In this document: positions 1-13,022 of the stretch, piece after piece
Numbering within the stretch: the first letter of the stretch is position 1
Layout: every line of letters starts with the position of its first letter
DNA from: Phoronis australis
Taxonomy: Eukaryota > Animalia > Phoronida
Direction: 5' to 3'
Assembly: GCA_002633005.1 (NCBI GenBank)
Contig: NMRA01000976.1
Location: 1-64,000 of the forward strand
DNA: 64,000 bases
The notes under the pieces: generated by a model
Database searches by the model: none
Seen by the model: only the letters and a program-made list of their open reading frames with translations
What the model was told of the DNA's origin: nothing
Position numbers and translations under genes: made by a program

Positions 1-363
1 CCAATAAACAACCCTAGAAGGATACCGTATGCGGTGCAATTGTGGGCGCATTTCAACGCTCTGCGTTGCTCTTGTTGGTAATGTCATGTGTATATCACTG
101 TTCTTGCAATACATTTTGACAGTACTTGTTGCCCTTTCACTTTGTGCATTGATGTAGTGAGCTGTGATAATTACGCACTATTGATCTAATCAAAAATGCA
201 ATCTTCGTTTTAGATGAAATAGGATTCATCTAACTTGATGAATGGATTAATCCTCTTGACCTGTGTAATCCTAGTTTATGGTTTATGTTAAAAACCGAAC
301 GATCGCCACAAAAATAAAAAAGTTCATGTTCAATCAACGTTTCGTCTATTCATTAGACATCAC

Positions 364-542
364 CAGGGTCATATTTATAACAATTTAGGACAGCAAGTGC
401 CAACATACAGCTCAGGTAACATCCATAAAGCGAAGTGAGAGATAGAGGGAATATAGTCAAGTATATCTCACTTCACTTTGTGGATGTTACCTGAGCTGTA
501 TGTTGGAAGTTGCTGTCCTAAATTGTTGCAAATATGATCCTG
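364..542. repeat. Foldback inverted repeat (MITE-like) in a COG3 intron
   Basis: Arm cagggtcatatttataacaatttaggacagcaa...cagctcaggtaacatcca...gaagtgaga pairs with tctcacttc...tggatgttacctgagctg...ttgctgtcctaaattgttgcaaatatgatcctg around a short loop. Confidence 0.85.
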
Positions 543-735
543 ATAATGCGGCGATCGTCCGGTTTTTAGTCTTACTGTGGCCAAAACCTGGTTTAATTAT
601 GATTTATGTCATCCTGTGCCTGGGATCATTCGTACTTTGCTCATTTAACATTTTTACCATGTTTTCCTACTGCAAAGTTTTGATAGCTGTTACTTATTCT
701 GAAGGCAGAGTATAATGTATTTTGTGTATTTCCAG

Positions 736-939
736 GCTGGAGTTGATGGCCAGCTATTTCTTATAAAGCACTTGCTGATACTACGGGAGCAGATCGCTCC
801 GTTCCACGTGAACTTTGCCATACGTGAGACGTCCCTCGACTTCAGTAAGATCAAGGACGCCGCCTATGGGCTGATCAATCACCGTGCTAACCTCTTCCGA
901 CTCAACTCCACCAATGCCCTGCTGCAGTTTTTGCTCGAG
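736..939 (+). CDS. COG3: COG3 (conserved oligomeric Golgi complex subunit 3) internal coding exon; gene begins upstream of the window
   Basis: Acceptor ttccag|736, donor GAG|gtgaaa at 940. Translates [68 protein letters not shown], matching the recalled COG3 C-terminal motif [20 protein letters not shown]...FRLNSNNALIEFLLE. Confidence 0.95.
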
Positions 940-2282
940 GTGAAAATCGTTTGGTATTACAATTAAAACAAATATTTTGCTATTCACACTGAAAATTCAT
1001 AGTAATCTAAGCATTAAGAGTACAGCACTGAAAAAGTTCTTTTGATGTCACTGAAATTTCTAATGGCACAACCTTTAACTTAGAGACATTTTGACTGTTT
1101 GAGCTGGTTCCAACTAATCATTGCCATACATCACAGAAAACCTGTGGTGACTTGTAAACAATATGCCAGAAAACAGCTCGGGTCAACTGCAGTGTGATTT
1201 TTGGTGCCGAGTATGGCTGAACAACCACAATATAAATTTAAAGTAAGAAATTGAAGTGAACTACAAATGCATTGAATGACTTTTGGCAAGTCTTTTACGC
1301 GAAAGATTCTCGAGGCACACGCCATCCAATCACGATGAAGTTAAATCCCACCACCGAAAACCCCAGGCCTGTGGTCTGTTGGCCCCAGAAACTCGCAAAA
1401 GATTAGGTTATGCGTGAGTTTGCCAAAATTCCCGTGCAAACAAGAGAAGTTACTTTATCACACCAGCTCTACTCACTAAGTTCTTGCGCCTGCAGAATGC
1501 GGCCCAGATTTATACACTTCTCCCAAATTTTAAGTGATATTAGTGGATGTTTATGAGCTGACCACCATCCCGCAGAGCATTTAGCCATCAGTGCCACAAG
1601 TGAATAAGTTCTGACGTAGATGAAATCTCCCGTAGTCGCCCCGTATCCTGTTTGAAAGGTTGTGCTCTTCTGAAAAACATGAAAAGGAAATAAGGACACA
1701 GCTGTTGCCTACCTTTGCTACTGACGCTTAGGAAATAGAATTCAGTGTTGATTTTTCAAGATCCTTCAGCAGCCTATTCACTGCAATCTAGCAAAATGTT
1801 GATATGTTTTTTCACAAGCTAAAAATGTCTCATTAAAACTGTGGATTTTTATTAAAATTTTTTAGCAAGCGCTATGTAGTGACTTCCTGTAGAACTGTGA
1901 GTACATGGTATAATCGGTAAAGAAACAATTGTGGATAGATTGCGGTTTTAAAGAAAACAGCACAACAGATAAAATTAAAAATAAGAAAAAATAGTGTGAA
2001 CATAAATAAAAAAATTTAGTAATATTCCAAATATTATGCAATCTTTATTTTATAGGGAAATAAGCAAATAATGAAAACTGTGTCTTGTCTCGTTTGGGTA
2101 ATAACAATGCTCATTTACATAAAAATAGTCTCGCAAAACGAGACTTTCATGAGAGTGTAATGGTACCTGGATCTCGTATGTTTTCCGGCACACTGGAGGA
2201 CCTGGAGTTGTTTGTAAAATAGTTCACAATTTAATGAGACAATGCGTCTGTAAGTTTAATATGTGCTTAACAATTTGTTTAG

Positions 2283-2417
2283 GGCACACCGCATGTTACT
2301 GAGTACCAAGTAGACTCCAAGAAAGATGTTGACAACCAACTCAAGAAGACTTGTGAAGAATTCATCAGTACATTGTCTCAGTCAGCTGTTGGAACCCTCG
2401 CTGATTTTCTGACAAAG
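2283..2417 (+). CDS. COG3: COG3 coding exon
   Basis: tttag|GGC...AAG|gtggga, phase 0/0. Translates GTPHVTEYQVDSKKDVDNQLKKTCEEFISTLSQSAVGTLADFLTK, which continues the COG3 motif GTP...DSKKDVD..LK..CE.FI. Confidence 0.93.
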
Positions 2418-2774
2418 GTGGGAATTGCTATTAGTTCATTGGCGAGAGACAGGCACACTTTTTCACTGTAACATTTTCATTCGAATCCTTTAAAGGAATG
2501 TTGTAGCAGTTTTGAGAATTCTTAATCAATTTCCCTGTCGAGGCATGTAGAAGTAAAATCTGTTTTGAAGTGTCAGAAATTTAAAGTTAAGGAGACTAAA
2601 CCCACCTCCTTGTGATTTACAGCGGTTACTGTCGTGAAATTGATTTCTTAGTCAAATATTTACTTTTCTTTGGAAAAGTGTCTCCATATTATGGGAAACT
2701 CATGAAACATGAATTAAATGAATTTTGGAACCATTATTATAAAATGTAATTGGTATTCACTTGTCTACTTCCAG

Positions 2775-2981
2775 ACTGAGGTCATTACATCTATGAACAA
2801 AGAGGAAGGTGCTCACAGGGTGCAATTGAGCAAGCAGCCCTTCGCCAGTGCAGAGAAGGTTCATGATGTTGTGGCGGAAACCTACAGGAATGTAAAGACG
2901 AAGATCCCAGGGATCCAGCGCAGCATGTCTTTGTACCTGGCTAACAGGGATACTGAGTACATCCTGTTCAAACCAATCAAG
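2775..2981 (+). CDS. COG3: COG3 coding exon
   Basis: ttccag|ACT...AAG|gttagt. Translates TEVITSMNKEEGAHRVQLSKQPFASAEKVHDVVAETYRNVKTKIPGIQRSMSLYLANRDTEYILFKPIK (COG3 motif RSMSLYL.N.DTE.ILFKP). Confidence 0.94.
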
Positions 2982-3193
2982 GTTAGTTGTACTGGGTGTA
3001 GTGGAAGTGAAAGGTTATGCAAATCTGTGGCTATAAAATTGTGTTCTGTCTAAGAAACTGACGGCGCTGTCACAACAAACTCAGGTAGACGGTGCAAGCC
3101 TGTCTCAACATGTCGATGAAACAGGTTTCAAATGGGACACCATGAGTTTCCTACTCAAAATGAACAATAGAGTAATTGGTATATATAGTAAAA

Positions 3194-4750
3194 TCACTTA
3201 CTGACAGACTGAAATTGACGTATGCTAGCAGACGTTTCGGCCTGATCTGCCACGCCTTTGTTGATGATTGGAGTATCTGGTGTATTTCCTGTCATACGCT
3301 TGATAAGGATGTCACTGAGGAGGGGAGATAATTGGACACCGTGGTCCTGATTCAAAAGGTTGTCCTGGATCCTGATTTTGATAGATTCCTTGATTTTACG
3401 TGCCTGCCAGTTCTGCTCCTTGCCAGTGATCTTGACAAAGGCAAGAGAGACGGAATGTCCAGTGCCCAATGCGTGCTGTTCCATGGCAGTCAGTCTGTCA
3501 AGGTTTTTGTGTTCTTTAAACCTGTTTCCAAGTAATCTTGTGTTTCTCCAATTGGGATCCTGGTCACAGGTAAGCTGGTGGTAAATAGCCTTGTTTGTAT
3601 CTTCGGAATTCTTGAATCAATTTTCATGAAATTTGGCATATATAGTTGTAGATTTCAGTTATGGAGACAACAACACCTTCTTATTTTCTCAGACTGCTTT
3701 GATGATTCTGCGTCACCTAGTGACCATTTTTTAAGTTTTCAAGTTCGTTGTTTGGAGTTCGCTTTCTGTCTGACAAACCGCTCGAAGGATCATTATAAAA
3801 ATTGGCAGGTGTTTTCCTGATGGGGAGTTGGCAGCTAGCAATTTTCGCACATGTTTGACTACTCTGGCGCCCCTTAGTAGACACTTTTGCATCCACGGCT
3901 GTATCTCCTTAACCCTTTTCAAGAAGTGTGTAAAATTTGGTAGATGTGTCCCTATGGACATGCAGGAAGATGGTGATAAGTTTCAGGTCTATCTGACGAT
4001 TGATGTGCCCCCTAGTGGTAATTTTATTTTTACGAAACTTTTCATGTGCATCGTTGGATTTCAGTTAATAGATTTTCATGGAACTTGGCAAATCCGTTAA
4101 CTTTCTATTAAGGAGTTAACAATGCCCTCCGATTGTGAGGCATGTTTGACGTATTGTGCATGACCTAGTGGGATTTTGAAGAGTTCGGAGTCTGTTATTG
4201 GCGAACAGCTCTCCGGCAGATGTGATTCTGATGAGACCACATTTTACCGTGATATTCGGATGGGTTTGGCTATTTTAGTTCCCCTGGTGGCAATGTTGTT
4301 TTTGCATCTTCTGCTGTCTCCTTGATGCTTTGTAATGTCTTTGTGAAGTTTGGTGGATGTGTTCATAGATCCTTTGGAGCTGACAACAGATTATGGTGAA
4401 TTTCGGACCCATGTGACTACCACTGAGCCTCCTAGTGCCAATATTAGTTTTTATGTTTGTCTCTGTTTCTTTGTTCATTGATGGATTTTTTTGGAATTTA
4501 GACAATAGGTATCTGTTGAGATGACATTAGTCTTCCATTTTTGTATCCGTTGGATTTATTTTGTACGACCTAGTGGCTGTTTCTGTTTTTTTTAGTCAGC
4601 TAAACTGATTAGAGGGTCATTTAAAAAACTTGATTGATGTGTTCCAGGCCTTGTTTTTTTCTTGACTATAACGTATTGCTACTTTTGATACAGTCCATAT
4701 TTGGATCCTGTTTCAGGGTGCTAATATGTTCTTGCAGTACTGTGTTACAT
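3194..4750 (-). mobile_element. Degenerate Penelope-like element (GIY-YIG endonuclease C-terminus at 3194-3500) in a COG3 intron
   Basis: ORF 3194-3484: EQHALGTGH...KEQNWQARKIKESIKIR...NLLNQDHG.QLSP, the typical end of a PLE GIY-YIG domain, followed by a hammerhead-like remnant. The upstream extent is approximate. Confidence 0.75.
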
Positions 4751-4847
4751 TGTGTCGAATGTGTTGTCCTTTTGAACTTTTTCAAATCATGGTCCTACCT
4801 AGTCAACTCTTTTCATCTTTTAATTTTAAAATGCTTTTACTTTACAG

Positions 4848-4946
4848 ATGAATGTTCAGCAGAAATTTCAACAGCTGGCTGAACTTGTCAAAGCCAACTA
4901 TTCTGAGGAAGACCAACAAATTATTGCTTGTCCATCTTTTGAGCAG
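4848..4946 (+). CDS. COG3: COG3 coding exon
   Basis: tttacag|ATG...CAG|gttagg. Translates MNVQQKFQQLAELVKANYSEEDQQIIACPSFEQ (COG3 motif ED.QIIACPS.EQ). Confidence 0.92.
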
Positions 4947-5574
4947 GTTAGGAGTTTGCTTTCACAAGACTTCAAGCCTATGAATACATAGTATAATTCA
5001 GCAGAATGTCCCCTCTAATGAAAGCCTTGTTGAAGGGGGTATGACAATATTCATTCATAATTTTCCGTCTGCATTTCTCAAACTCTCTGAATATACCTCT
5101 TGTCGCTGATAAATTGGAATACCGAAAGACATGATGATGATAATGATACTAATGATAATGAGGATAACGTTAAAAGTTAACCTAACTACCCATGCCAAAT
5201 GACAGTGTATGGATGTCGCAAGCTATTGCTTTAACTTGCGAGATCGACGCGACGGGCTGCCTGTTGTATACCGCCATGCGGTCATCTGTGTGATTTTACA
5301 CCTATTAGGCAGTCTGTATCATACCGTTGACAAAGAGTGCATCGCTCGAAACGTGGATGATATTTTAATATATTTTATAACCGATGCTCGTCGTTTTATT
5401 TTTACTAATTTTAAGTGTTATAATTTACTTAAGGTGGCGCTGTACATGGCTTATCAACGTTTTGTTGGATGTCTTCAAAGACTCGAGACTGTGAATTAAG
5501 TAGCGTTTATAAGAAAGGTTGCGCACAAAGTTATACTATGCAACGTTCATATTGTCCATCTTATACATTTTCAG

Positions 5575-5625
5575 GTCAACCTATTGTTGAGCTCACATTC
5601 AAGTGGAGGAGTTCTGAAGACATGA
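5575..5625 (+). CDS. COG3: COG3 terminal coding exon
   Basis: ttttcag|GTC, translates VNLLLSSHSSGGVLKT*. Corresponds to the short LLL-containing COG3 C-terminus. Confidence 0.8.
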   Translation, partial: VNLLLSSHSSGGVLKT

Positions 5626-6093
5626 AAATTTTTACCCAGTTGTATTCATAGTATTCATAGATTCCTGAGTATGGTTTTAGAGGTGTTGGTCTGCCAGTCA
5701 AGACCTTGTCTACTTAATTTCTTGTGTTGGTGTTGGCCCATAAACGTAATATTTAAGTGCCTGTGTTTTGAAACTGTTCCTAAAATGCAGGGCAATTGTT
5801 CACTTATTGCTCACAAACTGCCCGATTGAAAATGATCACTTTTCCATTTTTAAAGGTCGATTGCTACAAATAATGGAAATTTTACCAAAAAGTTGTTTGA
5901 TGATATTTACAAAATTTGAACCATGCTAGTGATAGACTAACATTTTCCTATTTATTTTTGTGGAGAATTTTCATAAAATAGAATTTCACGTGTCGGCCAT
6001 ATTGTGTGCCAGATTTGACGCCTATTCTTTGGGTACATTGTGTGCTTGTGAAATGGTTGTAAATATATTTATCCATCAGAGTAAGATGTTAAT

Positions 6094-6099
6094 AATAAA
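6094..6099 (+). terminator. Probable COG3 polyadenylation signal
   Basis: AATAAA about 470 nt after the stop codon, followed by T/GT-rich sequence. Confidence 0.5.
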
Positions 6100-7386
6100 T
6101 TCAATCTTTTCTCAAAACATTGTTATTTCTGACCTTTGACCTTAAAAATTGGAATTCACTCAAAGCAGCCGCCTGCTATTAATCCTGTGTTCATTAATCA
6201 AAAGATTCTCTTTTGATCAACAGTACTAACTGTTACAACACCGGTCTCAACTTGCTCCTCAATCACATGAACAATGGTTTGTGGACTTAGACATTACGTT
6301 CATGCAAACAGACGTGCTTTGACAAGCAAACTGAATTCCAGCTATAGGGAAGAGTCCATTCCTTCTAAGCCCTGGAGTCACCTTTAATTTAAGGAAGGAA
6401 CAATGTGTTACCACCAATTTCATGATGATGGGCAAGTTTACAGTGGCTATAAAAACATTAGAGCGACTGCATGTAAATAACATGGACTTGTGACAATGTC
6501 ATTCAATACTATGACAACATACAACTTTGTTATACATTAGTGAAAACAAAAACCTGCCATGAACCTGGTATTTGTGCAAAACTTCTGGGTTGGGCAACTT
6601 GGGAACTATCAATTATAAAACACTAGTTTGCTACTCAGAAGTGATATTCTTTACTTGAGACCTGTCTCAATAACACAACTTAAAGACGCATAGTCTCATT
6701 AAATAGTGAATCTGCAAATAAAGTATGAATTTACAAATAACCCCTCGTTGTTAACAGTCTCCTTTACAATCTCGTGAATACTTGTTTTGCGAGATTATTT
6801 TTTGTGTATATGAGCATTGTCGTTGCCCAAATGAAACGGAACAGTTTCTATTGTTTATTTCACTATCAAATAACAATTGTGTAATATTTACAATTACTAG
6901 CCATGGTTTTTATATGTTCACACTTGTTTTTAATTGTATCAGATGTGATGTTTTCTTTAAAATCGGAAGTTATTAACAAATAGTATATTTTCCTGATAAT
7001 ACTTGAATGAACAGACAGTTCTCCAGGTCACTAGGTGGCGCTTGTAAATTGTTGACCTGATGCTCAAGTAATATCAAACCCAGAAATCACTTTAAGACCA
7101 AGTTGAGACAAGTTTTCAATATGGAATTTGTCCGAATCAAATCTCAAGTTTTAGAAACCAAGTGCATTAGTGTGCTTATTATGACATTGGGTCAGTCAAA
7201 TTATCTTCATAGATTTATTCATAGAAATGACCAGGCATAAATACCTATACACGAAGCAGAAAATGTATAAATTAAAGTAGAAATTCTAAAATTGACTACA
7301 ATAACATTTGTAACTTGACCATATCCTCAGAACAAAAACTCCTAATTTAACCACGTTACAAAAGTTAAACCTTTTTAATTTACATT

Positions 7387-7432
7387 GCACACGCACGCAA
7401 GCTCGTGCACACACGCACAAACACACACACAC
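7387..7432. repeat. Imperfect (CA)n microsatellite
   Basis: gcacacgcacgcaagctcgtgcacacacgcacaaacacacacacac. Confidence 0.7.
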
Positions 7433-8518
7433 TCCCATTTAACGTGTACCGTGTCGTGTTCTCTTTACCCCTTTAAATGGATACAAGATTCAAAATTTAT
7501 AACACTTAGAAAAATATATTGATTTCACTACGCGACTTTCAAGTGCCAGAGAAATTGACTCAAAGCAGCCGTGTATGAAATGATACACAACATGACTAAA
7601 TTGAGCAAAGCAATTCTGAATAAAGACTACTCCAATGACAGCAACATTGCTGCAGAAATGACGAAAAACAATGATTCTCAATTACTGAAGAACAGTAATT
7701 AAAAAATGCTTCGCTACTTCACACACAACAACCCATCACACTTATGTGTAAGTTAGTGAAAACCATTTTTCTTCAAATTATCATTCCTCAAATTGTGCAA
7801 AGTTACATTAAGATTACAACAAACTGACTTCCCAAATATATTCAGTGCAAAATCATTTGATTTGTTGTCCGACTGAACTTAGCAAAACCGTCCTCAAACG
7901 GATTTTTGTTTTTGTTTTAAACTATCCAGATAATCTTAGGAATGCCTCAAAAGCACCAGAAAATGTGTTTTGTACACTTAAAATACTGGCACACCAAATG
8001 GTATACGGAGTAGCTTTTTCATACCATATTGTGTTGCTTCGCAAAACAGTACAAAGAACAGCCAATAGCATTAATTTTGAACATTAACCGGTACCTGCAG
8101 TAGAATTATTACCTTCCACAGGTACCGCATTGTATTGAATACAACACCAGTGTGTTCCAGTGTTGTTCATAGCGGCTTGAATTAACTGAGGTAAAGTCTG
8201 ATATAACGTGCCAGAATATTGAGAGCCAGTTTTCTCCACTGAATAGAAGGTATCAAACTGGTCCTCAAAATACAGGCACGTTAGATCAGACTATTGCCCA
8301 AAGTAACGTTTTAATGTATAACAAAAATTTGCATGGTGTTACTGTTCTAGGTGGGCTTTAACACTAGTGTGACACTGCTGAGACACACAATCAACATTTG
8401 CCTGACTCGAGAAATGACTGACATCACTCCTTATTTTTTCTTAAAAAGCAAAATTAATTTACAGCTGTCTCCACCCAGTTCTTATTTGTTTGTTTTTGTG
8501 ACATGTCGCTTACCTCAC

Positions 8519-9407
8519 CTACGCGTGTTCACTGAAATACTTATTAATCACACTGCCAACTAGCCCCTCCATTGTGTCCATAATACTATGACTAGAAGCT
8601 ATTTTTAAACTACTGTCACCTACTGGCAGAACAGACCGGCTGTGGCCTGCGTGTTGACAGTTATCTAAACCTTCTTTGGTCATTTTAGAATGGCTTTCCA
8701 TCTGAGTTAATGTTCCAATTGGTTGTTCAGATTTGTCTTCCAGCTCATCTGTACACTCCATCAACAAGGGTTCATAATCTGAAGTCAAGTCTTGCTTTTG
8801 AGTCGCCTCAGAATATTTTTGCACCGCGCTTTCGTTCAGTTCTGAGCTAAGTGAAGGTTTAGATTCAACTTCATTTTTGCTGCCAGCACTATAGTGTGGC
8901 TCACTGACTCCACCCCCTTCTCCATACTCCAGTGCAGAGTCAACGAGTTCTTCCTTTATTTTTACAGTCAATTGACCAACATTTGATTCTTCGGGACTTG
9001 ACAGTTGACGATCTTTTATTGATTTCTTCAACACATTGACAAAACCAGAACAGACCGTACTGGCGTTTTTTATTTCCACGCCTACTTCTGTTTTACTGCC
9101 ACCAGTGTTCACAACAGTCTCGGCTTCACTACTGCGACTCCGCAAAGAATTCAGCGGGAAATTGGAAGTTGGACACTTGCTAGTAATAAGCGTCTCCAGA
9201 CGTGTTTTCTTTTTCACTCTGCCGTTGCCAGACATTGCAGCAGGCACTTTAGTCACAGAGTCTGTTGGGTTGGGAATGAGACAGGAGTCGTCGAATTTTA
9301 GTTGACTTACGGTGTCACTGTTAAGCCACCAGAAAAGGCTCCTTGCACTGCTCTTTTTCGCAATTTTCTGTGGACTTGGATCAGAATCTTTTGTAGAAAT
9401 CTTGACC
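8519..9407 (-). CDS. Finger-less paralogue, last coding exon (Ser/Glu/Lys-rich, likely disordered)
   Basis: ttttacag|G, phase 2, joins in frame to the ~295-codon open frame (track ORF 8519-9418). Contains a VKIKEE SUMO-type motif and no C2H2 motifs. Stop is TAG at 8521-8519. Confidence 0.78.
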
Positions 9408-10067
9408 CTGTAAAACACAAACCAGGATTTAATTTCAAAAGCATGAATAGTAGGTCAGACTGAAAAAAAATTCAGAAGGAATGCTGATCGATTGTAAGCG
9501 GTACTAATTCCACTTAGTTTGCTTGAGTGGAACGCTTACTGCATGTAAAAGTTTTGTCTGGTTAAGGTGAAATTGGACTTGACTGAAGGGCCGAGTACTC
9601 GAATGAGAAATATTAAGTATACGTATAGTCAGTCTCACTTAAGCAAAGATCCGACTATAATACCAGAACAAATAGTGGCCCACAACTCAGAAGTGGTGAG
9701 CTGTTTACACAACCTCTGAACAATAATGCATTTATTGCTGACAAAGAGAATTTTTCACTGTGATAGTGCATGATAGAACAGGATTTGTTTTCAGTAGAAT
9801 GACATAATTTCGACGATTGTCTCAGGCAGAGACAAGATAAGTGTACATTTTTCAGGAGGACTTAAATTATTCACTTAATTTTCTCCACCGCATGGTCACA
9901 CACAGAACTTAGGCATAAAAATTCATCTACAGCATTGGAACACAGTGACAGCAATCTTAAATCTTAAGCCACCAGTTGTTGTGAGTAATCATAGAAGTTG
10001 GTAAACACGAGATGAGACACACTTAAATCTATTAGCACTCAGTAGTAGATGTGTATTTTTGACTTAC

Positions 10068-10202
10068 GGGTACAGATTCTTTGATGGTATGTCATCACCA
10101 TTAACCCAATTGTTACCACCTGCTTCACCAGAAATATTGGAGACATCACTGCTAGAGCCAGTTTCAGTGACATGATGGCCATCTTCCATAGCTGCAGATG
10201 AC
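10068..10202 (-). CDS. Finger-less paralogue, exon 3
   Basis: tccccag|G...CC|gtaagt, phase 2/2. SSAAMEDGHHVTETGSSSDVSNISGEAGGNNWVNGDDIPSKNLY. Confidence 0.72.
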
Positions 10203-11055
10203 CTGGGGACACAAAGCACATACATGTAACATACATAGGATGTAGGAAGACGTAAAATACACCATCCGTGATTATAACGAATTGTTACAACGAGGAAAAT
10301 CACTGAGTTTTGACCTATTCATTTCAAAGACTGGTTCTTTTATTTGGCATAATACACATACTAGATGGTGACAGTAATTTGTACAGAGCAAATCAGTAAA
10401 CAGAAATTAATTGTTGGTTTGGGGAAACCTGTTTGTGTTCGTATGCAAACTGACTATGAATATTGCCAGTAGAGGCATACACCTGAGCAAATTTGGCCTG
10501 TTTCATGAAATTTGGTCTTGCAATTCTTAAAAAAAAATTTAGCCAAATAATTTTGAGTGCATCACACTCAAGAAATAACCTACAGAGATAATCTCAGTAT
10601 TCTGAGACTAAGACTTTTGCACAAATAAGATTTATTATGTTTCACAAATAAATGTGAGCAGCATACGACCAACTTTGCGATAAAAGTCTGAGATCACCTT
10701 TCATGAATGAAGCCCAAGAGCCAGCAAGCACCAAATTTTACGAAGTTCCGAGATTAAAAAGTCCTCAGGCGGAGACAATTCTCATGTTTTTGAAATCTCC
10801 AAAACATGCTGAACCAAAAATACCTAAAATCTTAAAGAAAGCGTGACCGTCACCTTGAGCACTCGACCATTGAGATAATTACTATAAAATTCCAAAGCCT
10901 TCTATGTAGCATCGTGGAATAACTGTACAACATACTTGAAACATTCTCTTCACAGTCCTCATTATACATTGCTAGACTTTACTAAAACAGAAACCAGTAT
11001 GAATAATTAAAAGTAAATTCAGATAGTGTAATTAAATATAAAACATGGTACATAC

Positions 11056-11166
11056 AAACATGTTGAACTGCTTTGAGGAACCTTGTGAACGGTTTCTGGT
11101 TTGGGAAGCACTTTGCGGTGTGTTCTTAAAGCGGCAATATCTCCGGATTTACATTCTTGATAATAC
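11056..11166 (-). CDS. Finger-less paralogue, exon 2
   Basis: ttgtag|G...TT|gtatgt, phase 2/2. Completes LLDRY and reads YYQECKSGDIAALRTHRKVLPKPETVHKVPQSSSTC with no stop. Confidence 0.7.
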
Positions 11167-13022
11167 CTACAATGTCAATAAACAATTACAATGATAAAAC
11201 CATAGAACTTCTGTTTTGCAACCCTGGTTTTGAGAACCACAATAACGTCCACTTAGTATCCTGGGCATTATCCAGGCATTGGGAGAATTGCTGCTCTAAG
11301 GAAAACCTCAGAAGAGGCAGGTAGGGCAGCGTTTGACTACACATTACAGAGATAACCCAATCCAGGGCCTTCGTTCTATTAACTNCATAAAATCCGCCCC
11401 CCCCCCCCCCAAATAAACTAATCTTTATTCATAGATGCTATGGCATGTTACTAGAGGTGTGATGTAATCACTTTAAATTTATTCTCTCCCTATTAGTAAA
11501 AGGGGCAATAAAGCCACCACTTCTGTCAAAAGACCACTTTGCATAAATAAGAACTTACAAAACTATGAGTGTAAATCATCTAGTCCCAACAAAATTAGTT
11601 AGATTTTAATTCCCCATTTTTAGCGAGCTTAAACAACAAAAAGTGAATAATAGGTCTTTCACTCTCATAATAATCCCTCCCGTGACAACATAATCACTTC
11701 CCCTATTGACTCAATGCGCCATTTTTCGAATTCACAATTTAAGGGTATAGTGTCAATGATAGTTTTGATGTTCTTGTTGGAAATCTAAACTCCTGGACCA
11801 CAGAAAAAATATATGGGACTGTTTTAAAGCCAGCTGTTTTGATGATTTCTAGACAATCCTCATTCTGTCACCTCCTACTGTACCATTATCGGCTCACTTG
11901 GGTGATTGAAGGAGGATTCAAGTAAAAGCACATAGTGCCACAGATACGATATTAGGAATCTCGACAATCTCTATGTAAAAATTTAAGCAGACATGAGTGC
12001 TTTTAGTTTTCGTCCAAACTGATTTGGTGCATTTTAAGTTAGCAAGTTTGGTCACCCAAACTGATGCCATGCGCCAAACTCAAAGTATTGAAAATAATCT
12101 GAAATTATTGGTTTTTTAACGCTCATCGGAACCAAAATTGATGACGAGACGTGCTCACGTATGCAAGTCATATGGATCAATGATGAGGGGCATGCAGTGT
12201 CCTGCGAAATTAGCTCATTATTCCGCACTAATTGTCGTCAATTTCAGTTCTTATACGTATTAAAGATCTATGCAAACCACTGGCAGCGTAATTAAGAAAC
12301 TTATGACAACTTCAGTTTGGCACAGGCATCAGTGTGGCTTACCAATTACCCACATCAAACTGAAGAGCACCAAATCAGTTTGGCGCAGGCAACTGGGGCT
12401 GCAACGTCACCTGGAGCTTGACACCTTACCCACCTGCTCCTAAAACTTAGGAGACCGCATGTACCTCTTTCTGCTGTCGTGCGAGTAGGTGCCATTGAGC
12501 ACCTGTAGATAGTAGAGAAAATCACCTTATTCTAAGATTCAAATCCGGCACCTCTAGCTTCAAGTCATGCAGGCCGCCTTTGCTGGCACAACTAACTTAA
12601 GTCATGAAAACAATCATTGCACTTACTCGTACAAGTGCTAGTAAGATGACTTTGTATTGCTATACTCACTGCAGAATCAACACAGTACGTATACAGTTTC
12701 AAAGCAAGGGTAATTGCTTACTCGATGTTGACCTGTTCATCGACTGATGTCTGAACAACCAGCGACGTTTTATTTTTATGTGTATCGAAGCCGGACTAGT
12801 ACGGCTAAGCTAAGCCTAATCTCTAACTTCTAAGTTCTCAAAACTGATACACAAAATAACTAGAAAATTCAATGATATACTATTACATGGTGATATATTG
12901 ACCAAGTACAAGGTAGGACCACATGTATAGCCTTTATTTTGAATTCAAAAAGGACATCAATAGAAAATGCACTGGCTGACCTCTGTCTGGTCAACAACAA
13001 CAATGGATGAATTGTCACTCAC

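Noticed and set aside
11126-11150. TTAAAGCGGCAATAT as a Kolobok terminus
   Set aside because: No partner TIR; the sequence is the antisense of coding exon 11056-11166.
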